IMG/VR virus record: IMGVR_UViG_2600254997_000002
From: a virus
Lineage: Monodnaviria > Loebvirae > Hofneiviricota > Faserviricetes > Tubulavirales > Inoviridae
DNA: 7,781 nucleotides
Reading direction: 5' to 3' (one strand)
Part shown: positions 1-7,781 of the stretch, piece after piece
Numbering within the stretch: position 1 is the first letter of the stretch
How the letters are laid out: every line of letters begins with the position of its first letter
Program-made: the position numbers and the translations under genes
The notes under the pieces: generated by a model
The model's database searches: none
What the model saw: the letters and a program-made list of their open reading frames with translations, nothing else
What the model was told of the DNA's origin: nothing

Positions 1-335
<335 letters not shown>

Positions 336-548
336 ATGAAAAAAGAAACAAAGCGCGGAGACACAACCGTAAGGATTAACGAAAACAGAAAACTGGAGCT
401 AAAACGAAGAGTGCTGGAAATCGGTAATAAAACAGGTGAGCTACTAAAACCATCAGAGATAGTAAACCACTTAATAGACAACTACTTAGATGATGCGGTG
501 AAAGATCTAATAAGCAAAGAAGAACTTAAGAAAAAAAAGGCAATGTGA
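336..548 (+). CDS. putative small DNA-binding regulator (70 aa), possibly ribbon-helix-helix-like; repressor candidate
   Basis: The track ORF begins at TTG 333; the first ATG is 336 with SD AGAGG at 322-326. Predicted short beta strand (TTVRIN) followed by two helices and a Lys-rich tail. Divergent from the phage operon, which is the usual position of inovirus repressors. Followed by a terminator at 635-662. Confidence 0.5.
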   Translation: MKKETKRGDTTVRINENRKLELKRRVLEIGNKTGELLKPSEIVNHLIDNYLDDAVKDLISKEELKKKKAM

Positions 549-634
549 TCCCTTTTCCTGCATTCAGCAGACTACCCGCGAAGGATCGAAAGGATACGGT
601 TTAACTGGAAACCCTTGAGTTTCCGTTGACTCTA

Positions 635-662
635 CCCCCGTGTTACAGGACGGGGGTTTTCT
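635..662 (+). terminator. rho-independent terminator downstream of the 70-aa regulator gene
   Basis: Stem CCCCCGT (635-641) / ACGGGGG (650-656), 8-nt loop, then TTTTCT (657-662). Confidence 0.6.
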
Positions 663-700
663 CCGACCTGCAAACATAGCCCCGCTCATCCGTAACGGCA

Positions 701-794
701 GACGACGAATCATCATCATCGTGATCGTCGTCCGTCGTCACGGCAGGCGCTCCCGTCCTCGACCCTGCGGGCGGGTGCGGCTGGCGTGACGACG
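701..794. other. pair of adjacent GC-rich hairpins (candidate packaging signal or origin structures)
   Basis: Hairpin 1: GACGACGA (701-708) pairs with TCGTCGTC (725-732). Hairpin 2: CGTCGTCACG (733-742) pairs with CGTGACGACG (785-794), with further interrupted GC pairing inward (744-746/781-783, 748-750/777-779, 752-758/769-775). Confidence 0.4.
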
Positions 795-860
795 TTCTAC
801 TTCCCTTTTCTTCTTCATCGGCGTGCTGGCGTCACAGATACGTCAATACACAACAGAAAA

Positions 861-966
861 CGACACAGTGCGCACAATGGCGTTATGTGTAAAAAGGCCA
901 CTGCGGTGGAGAGTATCGCAGCGGCCTTTTCAACATAACGCGTGTCACATTATGCGCACTGTTATC
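861..966. other. candidate XerCD-dependent attP: two inverted dif-like sites flanking a GC hairpin
   Basis: Plus strand 867-893: AGTGCGCACAA-TGGCG-TTATGTGTAAA. Minus strand 960..928: AGTGCGCATAA-TGTGACACGCG-TTATGTTGAAA. Compared with E. coli dif as I recall it (GGTGCGCATAA-TGTATA-TTATGTTAAAT). The two sites are an imperfect inverted repeat around the 896-926 hairpin. Confidence 0.5.
889..926 (-). terminator. rho-independent terminator for the minus-strand phage operon (weaker in the plus direction)
   Basis: 10-bp stem GGCCACTGCG (896-905) / CGCAGCGGCC (917-926), 11-nt loop. On the minus transcript the stem has one G.U wobble and is followed by UUUUU; on the plus strand there is an A.C mismatch and only TTTT. 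Confidence 0.5.
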
Positions 967-1220
967 AGGACTGATGAAAACCGAAGACCAGTCATCACCA
1001 GAATTGCTGTAACCCATCAATTTCATCAACTGGCCACATCAATGCATGGACGACTCACGCCTTGCGTCGTTCGTCTCGCTAACTGCCTGTTTAAAGGCGG
1101 TCTGGCAGGCGGCGCGTTGCGCTGTCTCCTGCTGCTCTGTAATCTCTCCCTGGCTTCGGCGGTCAGGCAGCTGCATCACATGAAACATCATCATGCCGCC
1201 TTACATGCCGCGTTGCGGCA

Positions 1221-3535
<2,315 letters not shown>

Positions 3536-3546
3536 AAATCACCCTC

Positions 3547-3837
<291 letters not shown>

Positions 3838-3851
3838 TCACCACCTGATTA

Positions 3852-5501
<1,650 letters not shown>

Positions 5502-5505
5502 TTCA

Positions 5506-5676
5506 TCACCAGTAAAAACTAAATGGTTTTACAATTCGACGGAAATCCTGATCGGCTTTTTCAAGAATAACTGAAACAACATATTCTTCAATGGTTGTAT
5601 TTTTATTGTAAATAATTCTTTCTATCTGCTCGATAGTGTATTTCGGCAATTTAACTTTAAATTCTTGAGTAGACAT
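5506..5676 (-). CDS. hypothetical 56-aa hydrophilic protein (not in the ORF track)
   Basis: Hand translation: [59 protein letters not shown] at 5674-5676 (complement) with GAGG 4 nt upstream; TGA at 5506-5508, 4 nt before the pIII ATG. Confidence 0.4.
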   Translation of the reverse strand: MSTQEFKVKLPKYTIEQIERIIYNKNTTIEEYVVSVILEKADQDFRRIVKPFSFYW

Positions 5677-5766
5677 AAAACCTCACAAATTAGATTTAAA
5701 CCCAATGACGCAACATAACCCACAAAGGGAACCAAACATCATAAAAATAAAATCAAACATAAATAT

Positions 5767-5797
5767 CCAAAAAAAGGGCGGAATATCCGCCCTTCCT
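5767..5797 (-). terminator. rho-independent terminator immediately after the major coat gene
   Basis: Minus transcript: stem GGGCGG / CCGCCC (plus 5776-5781 / 5787-5792) with a 5-nt loop, followed by a run of seven U (plus A-run 5769-5775). Ff phages have a strong terminator in the same position after gene VIII. Confidence 0.65.
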
Positions 5798-5810
5798 CAT
5801 AAAAAACAAC

Positions 5811-6059
5811 TCAGATACTTCTGATGGCTCCCCATACTTTACGAACGCCAGCAAAAGTCAGATAAACTGTAACTCCTGCAACACCGATAGAAAGAATAAC
5901 AGCAGAAACAGAAGACATATCAATGCTGTTAGTCAATGATGAAAAATCGACTGTACCAGCAAAAGACGGAGATACAGCAAGAGCAGAAGCAGCGGAAAAA
6001 GATAAAGCTGCAACTTTCTTATCAACACCCTTAAAAAAATTGGTCATTTTTGCAAACAT
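5811..6059 (-). CDS. major coat protein (pVIII-like), start revised to the first ATG
   Basis: The track ORF (5811..6086) starts on TTG. The first ATG is at 6057-6059 (complement), 8 nt after SD AGGAGA (complement of 6068-6073). Signal peptide MFAKMTNFFKGVDKKVAALSFSAASALAVSPSFA, then an about 48-aa mature peptide with a hydrophobic core and basic C-terminus. Confidence 0.75.
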   Translation of the reverse strand: MFAKMTNFFKGVDKKVAALSFSAASALAVSPSFAGTVDFSSLTNSIDMSSVSAVILSIGVAGVTVYLTFAGVRKVWGAIRSI

Positions 6060-6099
6060 AATTAAAGTCTCCTTATTAAACTCCAAATTGTGGAAATAA

Positions 6100-6234
6100 T
6101 CATGCCAAGAAAAAACAAAATACTGGCAGTGAAAATCCCGTTAAAAACGCCGAGGAATAAATCCCCGACACATCAGGTATCCCCACGCAAATAGCATTAA
6201 TTTGCGTGGAAACTGAATCCAAATTAACAGACAT
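6100..6234 (-). CDS. small hydrophobic protein (44 aa), candidate pVII/pIX-like minor coat protein (not in the ORF track)
   Basis: Hand translation: MSVNLDSVSTQINAICVGIPDVSGIYSSAFLTGFSLPVFCFFLA. Starts 4 nt after the stop of the upstream gene. Its stop overlaps the ATG of a 13-codon ORF (MIISTIWSLIRRL, 6062-6103). Position matches gene VII/IX of Ff phage. Confidence 0.3.
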   Translation of the reverse strand: MSVNLDSVSTQINAICVGIPDVSGIYSSAFLTGFSLPVFCFFLA

Positions 6235-6238
6235 AAAA

Positions 6239-6583
<345 letters not shown>

Positions 6584-6611
6584 TTAAAATGGAACTGAAC
6601 GATTATAGAAT

Positions 6612-7781
<1,170 letters not shown>

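Noticed and set aside
549-634. Possible small RNA or tRNA-like element between the regulator stop and its terminator (small hairpin GGAAAC/GTTTCC at 607-624)
   Set aside because: There is no cloverleaf or conserved tRNA feature, and it is most simply the 3-prime untranslated region preceding the terminator.

Overview
The window reads as a near-complete filamentous phage (Inovirus-like) genome, with almost all genes on the minus strand in the canonical order: rolling-circle Rep (6612-7781), pV-like ssDNA-binding protein, small hydrophobic ORF, major coat protein, pIII-like adsorption protein with a long Gly/Thr/Ser linker, pVI-like protein, pI/Zot-family assembly ATPase, and pIV secretin (1221-2480). 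The remaining ~1.2 kb (1-1220) is a non-structural region: a divergent pair of small genes around a palindrome-rich promoter, then a GC-rich block of long hairpins. The most notable feature is at 861-966: two inverted dif-like XerC/XerD sites around a GC hairpin, which I read as a candidate folded single-strand attP of the CTXphi type. No integrase or transposase is visible, which fits host XerCD-mediated integration. The window starts on a stop codon and ends on the Rep ATG, so it may be a whole circular genome linearised at the Rep start. All calls are from reading the sequence and ORF track; no database search was run, and family names are from motif and architecture recognition only.
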